Positions 16,861 through 26,620 of a stretch of DNA of 64,000 nt are shown here, piece after piece. The translations under genes and the position numbers were made by a program. The notes below the pieces were generated by a model. The model worked only from the letters and a program-made list of their open reading frames with translations, searched no databases and was not told the DNA's origin. Each line of letters opens with the position of its first letter. The stretch's first letter is position 1. Origin of the DNA: Acidimicrobiia bacterium (GTDB lineage Bacteria; Actinomycetota; Acidimicrobiia; Spongiisociales; ZC4RG35); contig JACCTH010000017.1 of the NCBI GenBank assembly GCA_013812505.1, forward strand, positions 19,400 to 83,399, read 5' to 3'.

Positions 16861-18025
16861 TGACGTCGCGTTTCTGGGCGGCAGCGAGCTGATAGCGATG
16901 GTTGAGTATGTCGCAATAGGCCTGGATCGGGTCGGCCAAGTCGGCCAGAGCGTTTAGCCGGGCGATCATCGGCTCGAAGTGATTGACCCGCCAGCGGATG
17001 GCATTGGTGGCTTTGGCCGTGGCATCGCCCTCGCCGCCGAAGTAATGGACGTCGGCCAGGATTGCCCGGGCTTGGAATTCGAGCGCATCGATTCCGGTAA
17101 GCGCCTTCAGCCGGTTGCTGTGAAAGCTCCGGCCGCCGACCTTGACCTTGATCAGCATCTCGGAGGTGTCGTCGATCGAAGGCAGCAAGTCGACCTCTTC
17201 CACGTCGAAGCCCAACTGGTTGATCCGTTCGACTCTTTCAGTGATTCGATAGCGCTCCTCGGAGTTGATGGTGACGGTTCGGCCAATCTCCGACCAGAGG
17301 TTGTGATAGCGGTCGGCGATGTCAAAACCCAACGCGAAGTCGGCGAGGTCGACATCGACGCCCATCTCGGCGGCGATGTCGGCCATGCCTCCGGCCACGT
17401 TCTCGATCATGAGCTCGACGTCTTCTCCGCGGTGGCCATCGGTGAGTCCGTCTTCGTAGAGCCGGGCGGTCTCGGCGTCCACCATGATCGTCTCGATGGC
17501 TTCGGCGTCGAAGCGGTAGAGCACGTTGGACAGGCTGCAGTCGCCCCAGAAACAGCCAGCGACGTGCAGCTCCACCAGGAGCCCCGCGAACGCGTCGAGC
17601 ATTTGGTTGCGCCGCCGGCCGAAGCCCGGGGCGCGGTCATCATCGCTCTTGACCGCCGCCATCCCGACGCCTGCCAGCAGTTCTCGGTAGGAGAATGAGA
17701 AGGGCTCGTACGCGGTGATGAGTGCGGCCGACATCTCTTCACCGGGATCTGAGGTCCGCCTTTCGACGAGCCCAACCGCCTCGACCGCTGGAGCACCGAC
17801 GGCCTCGAGCCCGCGCAGGATTCGGTAGTCGTTCTCCGCGAGCATTGCTGCAAGCTCTTTGACGACATAGATCCCTTGGGGGTAGGAGAGAAACCGGACC
17901 TCGTGGCGGCTGATGCCTTTGGGCAGATCGATCATGTTGGGCAAGTTCCACGTCGGCAGCGACTTTGACCAGGGCAGGTCAAGAAAGTCCGGATGCCCGG
18001 GACGGATGGTGAGCCGAGGCGGCAT
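16784..18025 (-). CDS. kinase-like (Kdo/RIO-type fold) protein with DUF4032-like C-terminal region
   Basis: 413 aa. The conserved-looking N-terminus (HPDFLDLPW...GISRHEVRF...GIYVVKEL) matches my recollection of actinobacterial DUF4032 proteins. No experimentally defined function known to me. Confidence 0.55.
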   Translation of the reverse strand: MPPRLTIRPGHPDFLDLPWSKSLPTWNLPNMIDLPKGISRHEVRFLSYPQGIYVVKELAAMLAENDYRILRGLEAVGAPAVEAVGLVERRTSDPGEEMSAALITAYEPFSFSYRELLAGVGMAAVKSDDDRAPGFGRRRNQMLDAFAGLLVELHVAGCFWGDCSLSNVLYRFDAEAIETIMVDAETARLYEDGLTDGHRGEDVELMIENVAGGMADIAAEMGVDVDLADFALGFDIADRYHNLWSEIGRTVTINSEERYRITERVERINQLGFDVEEVDLLPSIDDTSEMLIKVKVGGRSFHSNRLKALTGIDALEFQARAILADVHYFGGEGDATAKATNAIRWRVNHFEPMIARLNALADLADPIQAYCDILNHRYQLAAAQKRDVTTEEALEDWLATGRPGYPLLPSSVV

Positions 18026-18034
18026 TGATCAGAT

Positions 18035-18062
18035 TTCAGACATCAGATACCACATGTCTGAA
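18035..18062. other. 9-bp perfect inverted repeat (TTCAGACAT / ATGTCTGAA, 10-nt loop) in the AT-rich lhr-DUF4032 spacer
   Basis: Read directly from sequence. No adjacent T-tract, so it is not a classical intrinsic terminator. Confidence 0.6.
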
Positions 18063-18090
18063 GTCTGACGTCTGAAGTCTGAAGTCTCAA
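18056..18090. repeat. tandem heptanucleotide repeat (GTCTGAA-like) x5
   Basis: GTCTGAA GTCTGAC GTCTGAA GTCTGAA GTCTCAA. The last unit contains the lhr stop codon (TCA, 18087-18089, minus strand). Confidence 0.9.
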
Positions 18091-21000
18091 GAACCGCGGA
18101 AGGCGAGGCCGCGGAGGGCGGGGACGAAGCCCCACTCCGTGAGAGAAGCTCCGAAGGGTGACTGGGCGGCGGGGACATCATCGATCTGCTCGATCAGCAG
18201 CCGGCGGCGGCGGATGCCGATGGCCGCGATCTCGCGAGCAATCTCCCCTTCGGGACTGGAGAACAGGTAGAGCCGACGGCCACTGCGGTCGAGATAGGCC
18301 GCCAACTCGCCATTGCCCAAGATCACGTAGGCGCCGGCGGTTCGTTGCAGCCGAATCTCGGTTTCCGGCCAGGGGAGGATGGTGCCGAACGGGTTGGCCG
18401 GGTCGGTGGCCGCCAGGCCGATGACTTCATCTCGCCCTGGGCTTCGCAACCGATCGACCGCCCCGGCGAGCGCGAACTGGGCGCCGCCGAGACCCTCGAC
18501 GAAATATCCCCGTCGCACCTTGCCGACCTCCTCCATTCGAGTCAAGACCGGATAGAGCGCGGTCCACCCGCCGGGGATCCCCTCGGCCGCGACATGAGAA
18601 CGGGTGACGATGCCGTAGCGGTCGAGAAGCTGGGAAGCCCAGGCGGTGGCAAAGGTGGTCGCGTCAGCTGGTGTCACGCGGACTCGCGACCAGCGGCCGG
18701 CGGCATGAGCCGGAAAAGCGGAGGTCAGGGGGCGGCGCCCGGCAGGTCGACGGCCGCCACGGCTTGACACATAGGCGCGCAGAGGGCCAAGCGTGTCGTT
18801 GGTCACGAGCCCGGCCCACACCAGATCCCACAGGTTTTCGAGGACAGGCTCCGGATCGCCGCCGCCGGCGGTCTCGTAGAGGTCAGAGAAAAAGGCGGCT
18901 CCACCCGAGGACAGGGCATCGAGAAGCTGCTGATGTTGGGTCGTGAGATCGAACGAAGGGGGAACCGGCGAGTAGAGGGCGTTGAGCTGGGAGCGGCGGT
19001 AGAGAGCCACCTTGCCGTCGCGGGCGGCGAGGGATCCACGTCCCACCCAGGTCAGCTCTCCCTCCAGCAGGAGCCGGTCCAGCCAAGGACCTGGATCGGC
19101 GCTGCGCTGGGAGAGCAGGTCGCGCTCGAGCACCGAAGCCGCCACTTCATATCCTTGGAGGCGAGCGATGGCGGCGGCCAGCGAATCCAGGTTGCGCGTT
19201 GGCGTCGAGGTCACGCCCTGCCAGGCGGGCACGAACCGCGCCAGTGCGGTCCGCTCGACCGGCTCGATCTCCTCGCGAAGCACGGCCAAGCTCCGCCTTT
19301 TGATTCGACGCAGCACCTCGGCGTCGATCCACCGACCCGGGCCGAAGCCGCCGGCCAAAACCCGGCCCTGGCTGGCGAGCCGCTCGAGCACCAGCGTCAC
19401 CACTGCCAGTGGAAGCCCGAGCGCATCCGCAACCGAGTTGGCCTGGAAGGGCCCGTGAGTGCGGGCATAGCGGCCGATTAGGTCGGCCAGGGGATCAGGG
19501 ACCGGCTGAAGAAATGCGGCAGGGATGCTCAGTGGAGCCGGAACTCCGAGACCATCGCGCAGGCGAGCCACATCCTCGATTGCCGCCACGCAATCGCGAC
19601 CGGCGATGCGGACCTCGACCGCGCGCCGTTCGGCGAGAAGTTGTTCAATCGTGTCAGGGAATGACACAAGGTCACAGCGCACTTCGAGATCGTCCTCTGA
19701 GAGCGGCCCGAGGTCCCGGAGCAGATCGTGGACTCCATCGATCGTTGTCGCCCGCCGTTCCGGGGTGAGGTGCTGCAGCTCGACTTCGATCATGGCCAGG
19801 ATGTCAGCCGAGATGAGCTCGCGGAGGTCGCCTTCGCCGAGCAAGCTGCGCAACAGGTCGCGGTCGAGGGTGAGTGCCGAGGCTCGACGCTCAGCGGCAG
19901 GGAGATCGGCTTCGTAGAGGAAGGCGGCCACGAAGGCAAACAGAAGCGAAGACGCGAACGGCGAGGCGGACGCAGTCTCCACCTCGACGACTCGAATCTT
20001 GCGCGCTCGGATATCGGTGAGTACTTCGGTGAGCGAAGGAAGGTCGAAGTCCTCGGTGAGGATCTCCCGGTAGGTCTCGAGAATGATGGGAAACGACCCA
20101 AATTGGCGGGCGACCGAAAGCAGGTCGGCCGCGCGCCTCCGCTGCTGCCAGAGCGGAGTGCGACTCCCGGGCCGGCGCTTGGGAAGCAGCAAGGCGCGCC
20201 CCGCCGCTTCTCGGAAACGGGCGGCGAAAAGCGCGGTGTTGGCCAAATGGTCCTCGAGGAGGAAGCGCACCTCTTCCGGTTCGAGCGTCAGCTCGGCAAT
20301 GCCGGGGATCTCATCGGCGTCGGGAAAACGGAAGGCGATTCCATCATCAGCCCAGATCACATCGATGTCTTTGCCGTACGCCGAGCGCAGCTTTTGAGTC
20401 AAAGCCATCGCCCACGGGGCATGCACTTTGGCGCCGAGAGGTGAGAGCAAAACCACGCGCCAGTCGCCGATCTCGTCGCGGAAGCGCTCTACCACCAACG
20501 TCTGGTGGGTCGGGATGACCCCTGTCGCCTCGAGCTCCTCAGCGATGTACTGGCTGAGATTCTGCGCCGCAAGCTCGTCGAGCCGATACTCGGTCTGCAA
20601 CAGGTGGGTGGGATCGGGGTGAGTCGCCAACTCCGCTAGAAAGCGGCCGATTTTGCGCCCTGTGGCAATCGGCCTGCCGAGAGCGTCGCCTTTCCAAAAC
20701 GGCACACGGGCGGCTGCCGCCCCGGGAGCGGGAACGACTTGAACGCGATCGGGCCCGATCTCAGTCACTTGCCAGGTGGTTGCGCCGAGGACGAAGACGT
20801 CGCCAACTCTGGACTCGTACACCATTTCCTCGTCGAGCTCGCCCACTCGACTGCCATCCGGAAGCACCACCCGAAACAAACCCCGGTCAGGGATGGTCCC
20901 GGCGTTGGCGATCGCCAGCTGGCGCGAGCCGGGACGGGCGGTGACCGTTCCCTCGATCCGATCCCAATTGACGCGGGGACGGAGGTCGGCAAACAAGTCG

Positions 21001-22427
21001 GAGGGATAGAGACCGGCGAGCATGTCGAGCGTGGCGTCAAATACGGGGCGCGGTAGCTCGGAATAGGGGCGGGCCCGGCAAGCCAACTGATAGAGATCGT
21101 CGGCTTGTCGGGGCCCGATCGCAACCGCAGCCACCAGATGTTGAGATAAGACGTCAATCGGATTGCGGGGGATGGTCGTGGTCTCGATCTCGCCTTCGAG
21201 CATTTGCTTGCCGATCACCGTCGCCACCAGCAAGTCACCTCGAAATTTGGGAAAGATCCTGGCGCGACTTTCGCCGCCCACCTGATGACCGGAGCGGCCG
21301 ACCCGCTGCAGTCCGGAGGCCACCGAGACAGGTGCCTCGACCTGGATGACGAGATCGACCGCCCCCATGTCGATGCCGAGCTCGAGGCTGGAAGTAGCTA
21401 CGACTGCTTTGAGCTCGCCTCGCTTGAGGGATTCTTCGATCAGCACCCGTTGCTCGCGGGAAACCGAGCCGTGGTGGGCTCGGGCCAGCTCGGTGCCGGC
21501 GAGCTCATTGAGCTGGGCGCAAATTCGTTCGGCCAACCGGCGAGAGTTGGCAAAGACGATGGTCGACCGATGGTTCTCGATCAGCTCGAGGATCGCGGGG
21601 TAGATCGCCGGCCAGATCGAAGGGGCCCGGGGCGTCTCAGGATCGAGCGGGTCGGAAGCCGGTCCGGTGGGTTCAGTCATGTCCTCGACCGGCACCACAA
21701 CTTCGAGGTCGAGCGGTCGGTGGGCGGGAGCATCGGCTACCACCACCGGGCGGGGCTGGTAGCGGTCGTCGACCATGGAGCCGCCACCGAGGAACTCAGC
21801 GATGGTGGCAAGCGGACGCTGTGTGGCCGAGAGCCCGATTCGCTGTGGCGGTGATTTGGTGATCTCCTCGAGTCGTTCAAGCGAAAGCGCGAGGTGGGCC
21901 CCCCGTTTTTGGCCGGCAACGGCATGGATCTCGTCGATGATCACCCACTCGACTGAAGCCAGCACTTTGCGAGCCTCTGAGGTCAGGAGCAAGAAGAGCG
22001 ACTCGGGTGTGGTGATAAGGATGTCGGGCGGGTTCCGCAGCATGCCCTGCCGCTCCTGGGCGGGAGTGTCACCGGTGCGGAGGAACGTTGCCAGGTTGGG
22101 AAGCTCAGCCTGTCCGAGACGGAGGGCGGCGTGCCTTATCCCGGCGAGCGGCGCCCGCAGGTTGCGATCCACGTCGTAGGCGAGCGCCTTCATCGGCGAC
22201 ACATAGAGGACCCGGCAGCGTTCGGCTTTGGGCGGCCGTGGTTCGTGCAACAGCCGATCTAGAACCCAGAGAAATGCCGCCAGGGTCTTGCCCGACCCGG
22301 TGGGGGCATGGATCAGGGTGTGATGACCGTCGGCGATCGCCCTCCAACCGGCTTCTTGGGCGGCGGTGGGTGCCGGGAAGGAGGCTTTGAACCACGCCGC
22401 GGTGGCAGGTTGGAAGATTTGTTCCAC
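18087..22427 (-). CDS. lhr: ATP-dependent helicase Lhr (large helicase-related protein)
   Basis: 1446 aa. SF2 motifs HAPTGSGKT (I), IIDEIH (II), SAT-like LSAT and QRVGRSGH (VI), followed by the long Lhr-type C-terminal region. Confidence 0.9.
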   Translation of the reverse strand: MEQIFQPATAAWFKASFPAPTAAQEAGWRAIADGHHTLIHAPTGSGKTLAAFLWVLDRLLHEPRPPKAERCRVLYVSPMKALAYDVDRNLRAPLAGIRHAALRLGQAELPNLATFLRTGDTPAQERQGMLRNPPDILITTPESLFLLLTSEARKVLASVEWVIIDEIHAVAGQKRGAHLALSLERLEEITKSPPQRIGLSATQRPLATIAEFLGGGSMVDDRYQPRPVVVADAPAHRPLDLEVVVPVEDMTEPTGPASDPLDPETPRAPSIWPAIYPAILELIENHRSTIVFANSRRLAERICAQLNELAGTELARAHHGSVSREQRVLIEESLKRGELKAVVATSSLELGIDMGAVDLVIQVEAPVSVASGLQRVGRSGHQVGGESRARIFPKFRGDLLVATVIGKQMLEGEIETTTIPRNPIDVLSQHLVAAVAIGPRQADDLYQLACRARPYSELPRPVFDATLDMLAGLYPSDLFADLRPRVNWDRIEGTVTARPGSRQLAIANAGTIPDRGLFRVVLPDGSRVGELDEEMVYESRVGDVFVLGATTWQVTEIGPDRVQVVPAPGAAAARVPFWKGDALGRPIATGRKIGRFLAELATHPDPTHLLQTEYRLDELAAQNLSQYIAEELEATGVIPTHQTLVVERFRDEIGDWRVVLLSPLGAKVHAPWAMALTQKLRSAYGKDIDVIWADDGIAFRFPDADEIPGIAELTLEPEEVRFLLEDHLANTALFAARFREAAGRALLLPKRRPGSRTPLWQQRRRAADLLSVARQFGSFPIILETYREILTEDFDLPSLTEVLTDIRARKIRVVEVETASASPFASSLLFAFVAAFLYEADLPAAERRASALTLDRDLLRSLLGEGDLRELISADILAMIEVELQHLTPERRATTIDGVHDLLRDLGPLSEDDLEVRCDLVSFPDTIEQLLAERRAVEVRIAGRDCVAAIEDVARLRDGLGVPAPLSIPAAFLQPVPDPLADLIGRYARTHGPFQANSVADALGLPLAVVTLVLERLASQGRVLAGGFGPGRWIDAEVLRRIKRRSLAVLREEIEPVERTALARFVPAWQGVTSTPTRNLDSLAAAIARLQGYEVAASVLERDLLSQRSADPGPWLDRLLLEGELTWVGRGSLAARDGKVALYRRSQLNALYSPVPPSFDLTTQHQQLLDALSSGGAAFFSDLYETAGGGDPEPVLENLWDLVWAGLVTNDTLGPLRAYVSSRGGRRPAGRRPLTSAFPAHAAGRWSRVRVTPADATTFATAWASQLLDRYGIVTRSHVAAEGIPGGWTALYPVLTRMEEVGKVRRGYFVEGLGGAQFALAGAVDRLRSPGRDEVIGLAATDPANPFGTILPWPETEIRLQRTAGAYVILGNGELAAYLDRSGRRLYLFSSPEGEIAREIAAIGIRRRRLLIEQIDDVPAAQSPFGASLTEWGFVPALRGLAFRGS

Positions 22428-22436
22428 GCCCCAACC

Positions 22437-23087
22437 CTAGGTCGGGGCTAGGACATCTTTCGTAGTCGGAGCTGTCTTCGCGGGCAGGTCGCCCCGCGTA
22501 GCGAGGGCCAAGAACGCCTCGGCCACCGCAGGGTCGAACTGGGTCCCGGAGTTGACCACGATCTCATTGATCGCATAGTCGACGGGCAAAGCCGCTTGGT
22601 AGGCCCGGTTGCTGGTGATGGCGTCGAAGGCATCAGCGACCAGGACGATCCGGCTCAACAACGGGATCTTCTCGCCGGCGAGCCCAAACGGATACCCGAA
22701 GCCGTCCCAGCGCTCGTGGTGATAGAGGATCGCCTCGGCCACACGGCGATCAAATTTCTGGGCGATCATGGCGTAACCGATCTCGGGGTGCCGGCGCATG
22801 TGGTCGCGCTCCATGTCGTCGAGCGGTCCCGGTTTGGCCAATACCGCTGGATCAATGTGAATCTTGCCCACGTCGTGCAGGATTCCCACCAGGGAAAGCC
22901 GTTTTACGTTCGCCGGGTCGAGACTCATTTCCTTGCCAATCGCGATGGCCAAGTCGGCGACACGGTGCACGTGTCCGTAGAGGTCGTCGACCACCCCCTT
23001 CATCGCTCTAATCAAACTGTCGTCCAAAGCATCTCCCACGTATCGACACTCGCTGTCCGAGATCGGAAAGGCTGCACCAATAAACAA
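22437..23087 (-). CDS. stand-alone HD-GYP domain protein (putative cyclic-di-nucleotide phosphodiesterase)
   Basis: 216 aa. HDVGK, HHERWDGFGYP and DAFDAITSNRAY motifs. No receiver or sensor domain. Confidence 0.85.
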   Translation of the reverse strand: MFIGAAFPISDSECRYVGDALDDSLIRAMKGVVDDLYGHVHRVADLAIAIGKEMSLDPANVKRLSLVGILHDVGKIHIDPAVLAKPGPLDDMERDHMRRHPEIGYAMIAQKFDRRVAEAILYHHERWDGFGYPFGLAGEKIPLLSRIVLVADAFDAITSNRAYQAALPVDYAINEIVVNSGTQFDPAVAEAFLALATRGDLPAKTAPTTKDVLAPT

Positions 23088-23174
23088 CCGCGGGCTATGG
23101 GTCTACGGTATCACCACTCACGGTGACTAGTCATCCCTATCTGTCACCGGCCGTTTAGACAAGCTCCCAAAATT

Positions 23175-23954
23175 TCACGAGCGGGTCTGGAGGCGTTCGA
23201 GATAATCCTGCACCGCCTGTCGATGGGCATCGGTGTGATGGCTGACTGCTTGCAAGGCGGCCGAGTACTCGAGGAATCCGTCGAGGTCCATCGTGCGCGT
23301 CTGGCGCATGAGCCGCTTGGTGAGCCGGATCGAATGGGCAGGCTTGCGGGCGATCTCCGTTGCCAGCGCTCTTGCGCGCGCCACGACCTCGTCTGTGACT
23401 TCGAGCAAGATTCCGAGCTCGACAGCTTCCTCCGCCCCGATCACCCGGCCGGTGAACGAAATCTCGGCGGCGCGCTGCCAGCCGAGCTGGTGGGCCAACA
23501 GCCAAAGCCCGCCATCCCCGGGAATGATGCCGAGATCGACGAAGGAGTGGGAGAACCGTGCCGACGGCGAGCCGACGCGCAAGTCACAACCAAGAGCGAG
23601 GTCAAACCCGGCTCCGACCGCGGGACCGTTGACTGCTGCAACAGTGACCAAATCGGTGCCGGCCATTGTCCTCGTCAGGCGTTGGATGCTCGAGCGATAG
23701 CCTTCGAGGATCGCTTCCGGAGTGCCGCCGAAGAGCCCGCTGGCAGAGGCCATGTCTTTGATGTTGCCTCCAGCAGAGAACGCCGAACCCGCTCCAGTGA
23801 CCACCATCGCTTGAGCTTCTCCCTCCGCCGAGCGGACCGCTTCGGTGATCGAGTCGAGCATCTCAGATCCGGTGAGAGCGTTACGGCTGCCGGGGTCGTT
23901 CAAGACCAGCAATGCCACTTTCTCTTCGACCGACAGATCGACGAGCGTCACCAA
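23175..23954 (-). CDS. enoyl-CoA hydratase/isomerase (crotonase) family protein
   Basis: 259 aa. VVTGAGSAFSAGGNIKDM and VAAVNGPAVGAGFDLALGCDLRV blocks. Confidence 0.9.
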   Translation of the reverse strand: MVTLVDLSVEEKVALLVLNDPGSRNALTGSEMLDSITEAVRSAEGEAQAMVVTGAGSAFSAGGNIKDMASASGLFGGTPEAILEGYRSSIQRLTRTMAGTDLVTVAAVNGPAVGAGFDLALGCDLRVGSPSARFSHSFVDLGIIPGDGGLWLLAHQLGWQRAAEISFTGRVIGAEEAVELGILLEVTDEVVARARALATEIARKPAHSIRLTKRLMRQTRTMDLDGFLEYSAALQAVSHHTDAHRQAVQDYLERLQTRS

Positions 23955-24730
23955 CCAGCTCCGGCGGCAGCCTGACGAAATGCTTGCGCTGAAAATGGAT
24001 CGACTGAGTTTTGGGCGATGCCTTCGAATTTCAGCGCCGATCCGACGATGACCCCATTGGCGAAGGTGGCGAGCTCGGCGACGTTGGCAACCGTCGCACC
24101 TGACCCAACGTAGATCAGCGCCTCGGGGAGCGCTTTGCGCAGCCGGCGTCCTTCATCCGGGTCCGGGGCGAGACCGGTCCCCGGCCCTGAAACGATCAGC
24201 GCGTCGGCGCCGCCGCGGCCGGCGGTGTCGATCCCAGCCTGCTCGAGAGTGAGGCCGGGAGGAGGTGAGGAATGCTTGACCATCACGTCGGCCATGATCA
24301 ATACGTCCGGGCACCACTCGCGGCGGCGGCGGGCGATCTCCGCGGCTTGGCCGGTGATCGGGCCCTGGTCGGTGAACATGAGCCCCGACAAGACGTTCAC
24401 CCTGATGAACGTAGCGCCGGTGGCAGAGGCGATCGCCAGAGCGGCAACTCCGTCGTTGCGAAGGACGTTTATGCCCAGAGAGCAACTGGTGGCGTCGATG
24501 ACCGAGTGGGCAGCCCGCGTGACAGCGGCGACGGTGACAGGGGGAACGGTTCCCGCAAAGAAGGGCGCGTCGCCGAAGTTTTCAATCAGCAACGCATCGA
24601 AGCCGGCATCCTTCAACATGATCGCGTCAGAGGCTGCTCGCGCTATGACACGATCGAGGTTGCCGTCGAATCTTGGTGAGCCAGGGAGGGGGCCGAGATG
24701 AACCATCCCTATCAGGGATGGCAGGGTCAT
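23948..24730 (-). CDS. BtpA/SgcQ-family TIM-barrel protein
   Basis: The listed ORF starts at 24889. The internal ATG at 24730 gives MTLPSLIGMVHLGPLPGSPRF (BtpA signature) and forms an ATGA overlap with the upstream gene stop. Confidence 0.75.
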   Translation of the reverse strand: MTLPSLIGMVHLGPLPGSPRFDGNLDRVIARAASDAIMLKDAGFDALLIENFGDAPFFAGTVPPVTVAAVTRAAHSVIDATSCSLGINVLRNDGVAALAIASATGATFIRVNVLSGLMFTDQGPITGQAAEIARRRREWCPDVLIMADVMVKHSSPPPGLTLEQAGIDTAGRGGADALIVSGPGTGLAPDPDEGRRLRKALPEALIYVGSGATVANVAELATFANGVIVGSALKFEGIAQNSVDPFSAQAFRQAAAGAGW

Positions 24731-25461
24731 AGGTAAGCGCGTACTACTTCGAGCGCGGTTTCGGCGACCTCGCCGGTGGCCTTGAGGTTCTTGGCATCCT
24801 TGCGCTTGATGCGATGCACCGCCAAACGCGCCCACTCGCCCGCCGGGCCCTTGATCACCTGATCGGTGTCTGCCGGGCCATACACCCATTTGGCATATCC
24901 CGGTCCCATGACTTCGACTCGCACCGGGGAGTAATCCATGTCGGCGGTCTTGAAGGCGTAGGGGAGGGTCTTCCAGCCGAGGAAGCAGATGTGACGAATC
25001 CGCGGCGTGTCTTCGATCGGCGACTTCATCGCGGCGTAGATGTCAAGGCCGTGGGCCCAGTTCTCCATCATTCGCATCGTGGCAAAAGTGCGAGCCGACA
25101 TGGCGCCGGCGATCCACTCGATCCGCTTCTCCGGATCCATGTGAGACAGCGGCTCCACCACCTTCGCTCGACCCCCGCGCCACCATTCGATCACGTCTTG
25201 GTAGCGCATCTTGCGGCCCTTCTTCACAGCTTCTTGGCGCAAGGCATCGAGGTCGGTGGCACTTCGATAGGTCTCGATCCGGTTGCCGCCATTGAGAGCA
25301 TCTGCGGCCAACTCGGCGGAATCGGCCAGGTGGCTGATCGTGTCCCGAATCGACCAGCCTTTGGCCGGGGTCGGCTTTCCCCAGTCCTTGGCGGAGATCT
25401 TTTGGAGGAACTGATCGAGAAACTGCTGCTCAGCTACGAGGTCAGACAGGAGTTCACGCAC
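24727..25461 (-). CDS. DinB-like / mycothiol-dependent maleylpyruvate-isomerase-family protein (TIGR03084-like)
   Basis: 244 aa. N-terminal four-helix DinB-type pattern (..WGKPTPAKGWSIRDTISHLA..). Family assignment is from memory. Confidence 0.6.
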   Translation of the reverse strand: MRELLSDLVAEQQFLDQFLQKISAKDWGKPTPAKGWSIRDTISHLADSAELAADALNGGNRIETYRSATDLDALRQEAVKKGRKMRYQDVIEWWRGGRAKVVEPLSHMDPEKRIEWIAGAMSARTFATMRMMENWAHGLDIYAAMKSPIEDTPRIRHICFLGWKTLPYAFKTADMDYSPVRVEVMGPGYAKWVYGPADTDQVIKGPAGEWARLAVHRIKRKDAKNLKATGEVAETALEVVRAYL

Positions 25462-25503
25462 AAACCGGATTGTAGTCCCAGTCCCGAAACTGAAATTCGG
25501 GGC

Positions 25504-26601
25504 TTACCAGGGTCGTTCCGCTTGCTCCTCGACGAACGGGTCGGGCGGCGTGACCGTTTCCGGCGTCACGACGAGAGAGTTGAGACGATCGATGAGCTGG
25601 CGCAGCCGGCCATAGCTGCGACGATCGAAGATCAAGGACAAGCGCTCGCAGTCGAGCGCGTCGAGGTCTCTCACCTCGGCCGGCGAAGCCTCGACCCGTT
25701 TGATCACTCCGGAGGCGAGAAGATCACTGAACTCCTCGTTGAGGGTGTCAAGAGTCTTCGCATCGGGCGCAGAGTGAAGTCGAAGGACCAATCGACCTTC
25801 AACGTATCGTTGAGAGTGATAGTTTGAGTAGAAGTTGAGGATGTGCTCGACGGCGTCGTCGGGGTCGCTGGTCAGCATGAAAAGTGACAAATCGCTCGGG
25901 CCGATCATGCCTTTTTCGATCAAGACGTTGGAGCAAAACTCGAGCAGCGGCGGCCAGTATCCAGTACCAGGGGCCTCGAGCAAGACGATTGGGTGAAGGT
26001 CGCTCTTGCCGGTCTGGACCAGGGTGAAAAGCTCAAAGGACTCGTCCAAAGTGCCAAAGCCTCCCGGGCAAAGTACAAACGCCGCCGACTCCTTGATAAA
26101 GGTGAGCTTGCGGGTGAAGAAGTATTTGAAATTGACCATCCGTTTGGGATCGATCGCTCCCACCGGGTCCGGTTCAAAGGGGAGACGGATGTTGACCCCG
26201 TAAGCGTGGTCAAGCCCGGCCCCGCGCGCCCCCGCCTCCATGATTCCGGGACCGGCTCCCGTGATCACGCCCCAGCCTTTGTCCGCCATTTTGGCGGCGA
26301 GAGTTTTGGCTAACTCGTAGTTGGGATCGTTCGCCGGTAACCGCGCCGACCCGAAGATGGTGACCTTGGGCTCGTCGTGAGGTGCGAACACTCTCATCGA
26401 GTAACGAAGCTCCTTTAAGGCGGTGTTGACCAGCTTGAGGTCGCCACGCTCGGCCCGATCGCGATGCAGTTTTAAGATCGTGGTGATCATCTCGGCGATC
26501 AGGTCTTGATTTTCCTCGGTACCTCTGGCCGGGGCCGCGTCGGCGATCAGTTTTTGGACCTGATGGTTCAGCTCCGGGCGACCGAGGTCGTATTGCTTCA
26601 C
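25504..26601 (-). CDS. LOG-family (TIGR00730-type) nucleotide phosphoribohydrolase with N- and C-terminal extensions
   Basis: 365 aa. GAGPGIMEA and PGGFGTLDE motifs. About 70 aa N-terminal and about 100 aa C-terminal extra regions. Confidence 0.8.
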   Translation of the reverse strand: MKQYDLGRPELNHQVQKLIADAAPARGTEENQDLIAEMITTILKLHRDRAERGDLKLVNTALKELRYSMRVFAPHDEPKVTIFGSARLPANDPNYELAKTLAAKMADKGWGVITGAGPGIMEAGARGAGLDHAYGVNIRLPFEPDPVGAIDPKRMVNFKYFFTRKLTFIKESAAFVLCPGGFGTLDESFELFTLVQTGKSDLHPIVLLEAPGTGYWPPLLEFCSNVLIEKGMIGPSDLSLFMLTSDPDDAVEHILNFYSNYHSQRYVEGRLVLRLHSAPDAKTLDTLNEEFSDLLASGVIKRVEASPAEVRDLDALDCERLSLIFDRRSYGRLRQLIDRLNSLVVTPETVTPPDPFVEEQAERPW

Positions 26602-26620
26602 TTGTTGTTTCGGTTCTGTC

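Noticed and set aside
24731-24889. N-terminal 53-codon extension of the BtpA-family ORF
   Set aside because: The Gly/Arg-rich extension overlaps the upstream gene. The BtpA signature starts right after the internal ATG, which forms an ATGA junction.
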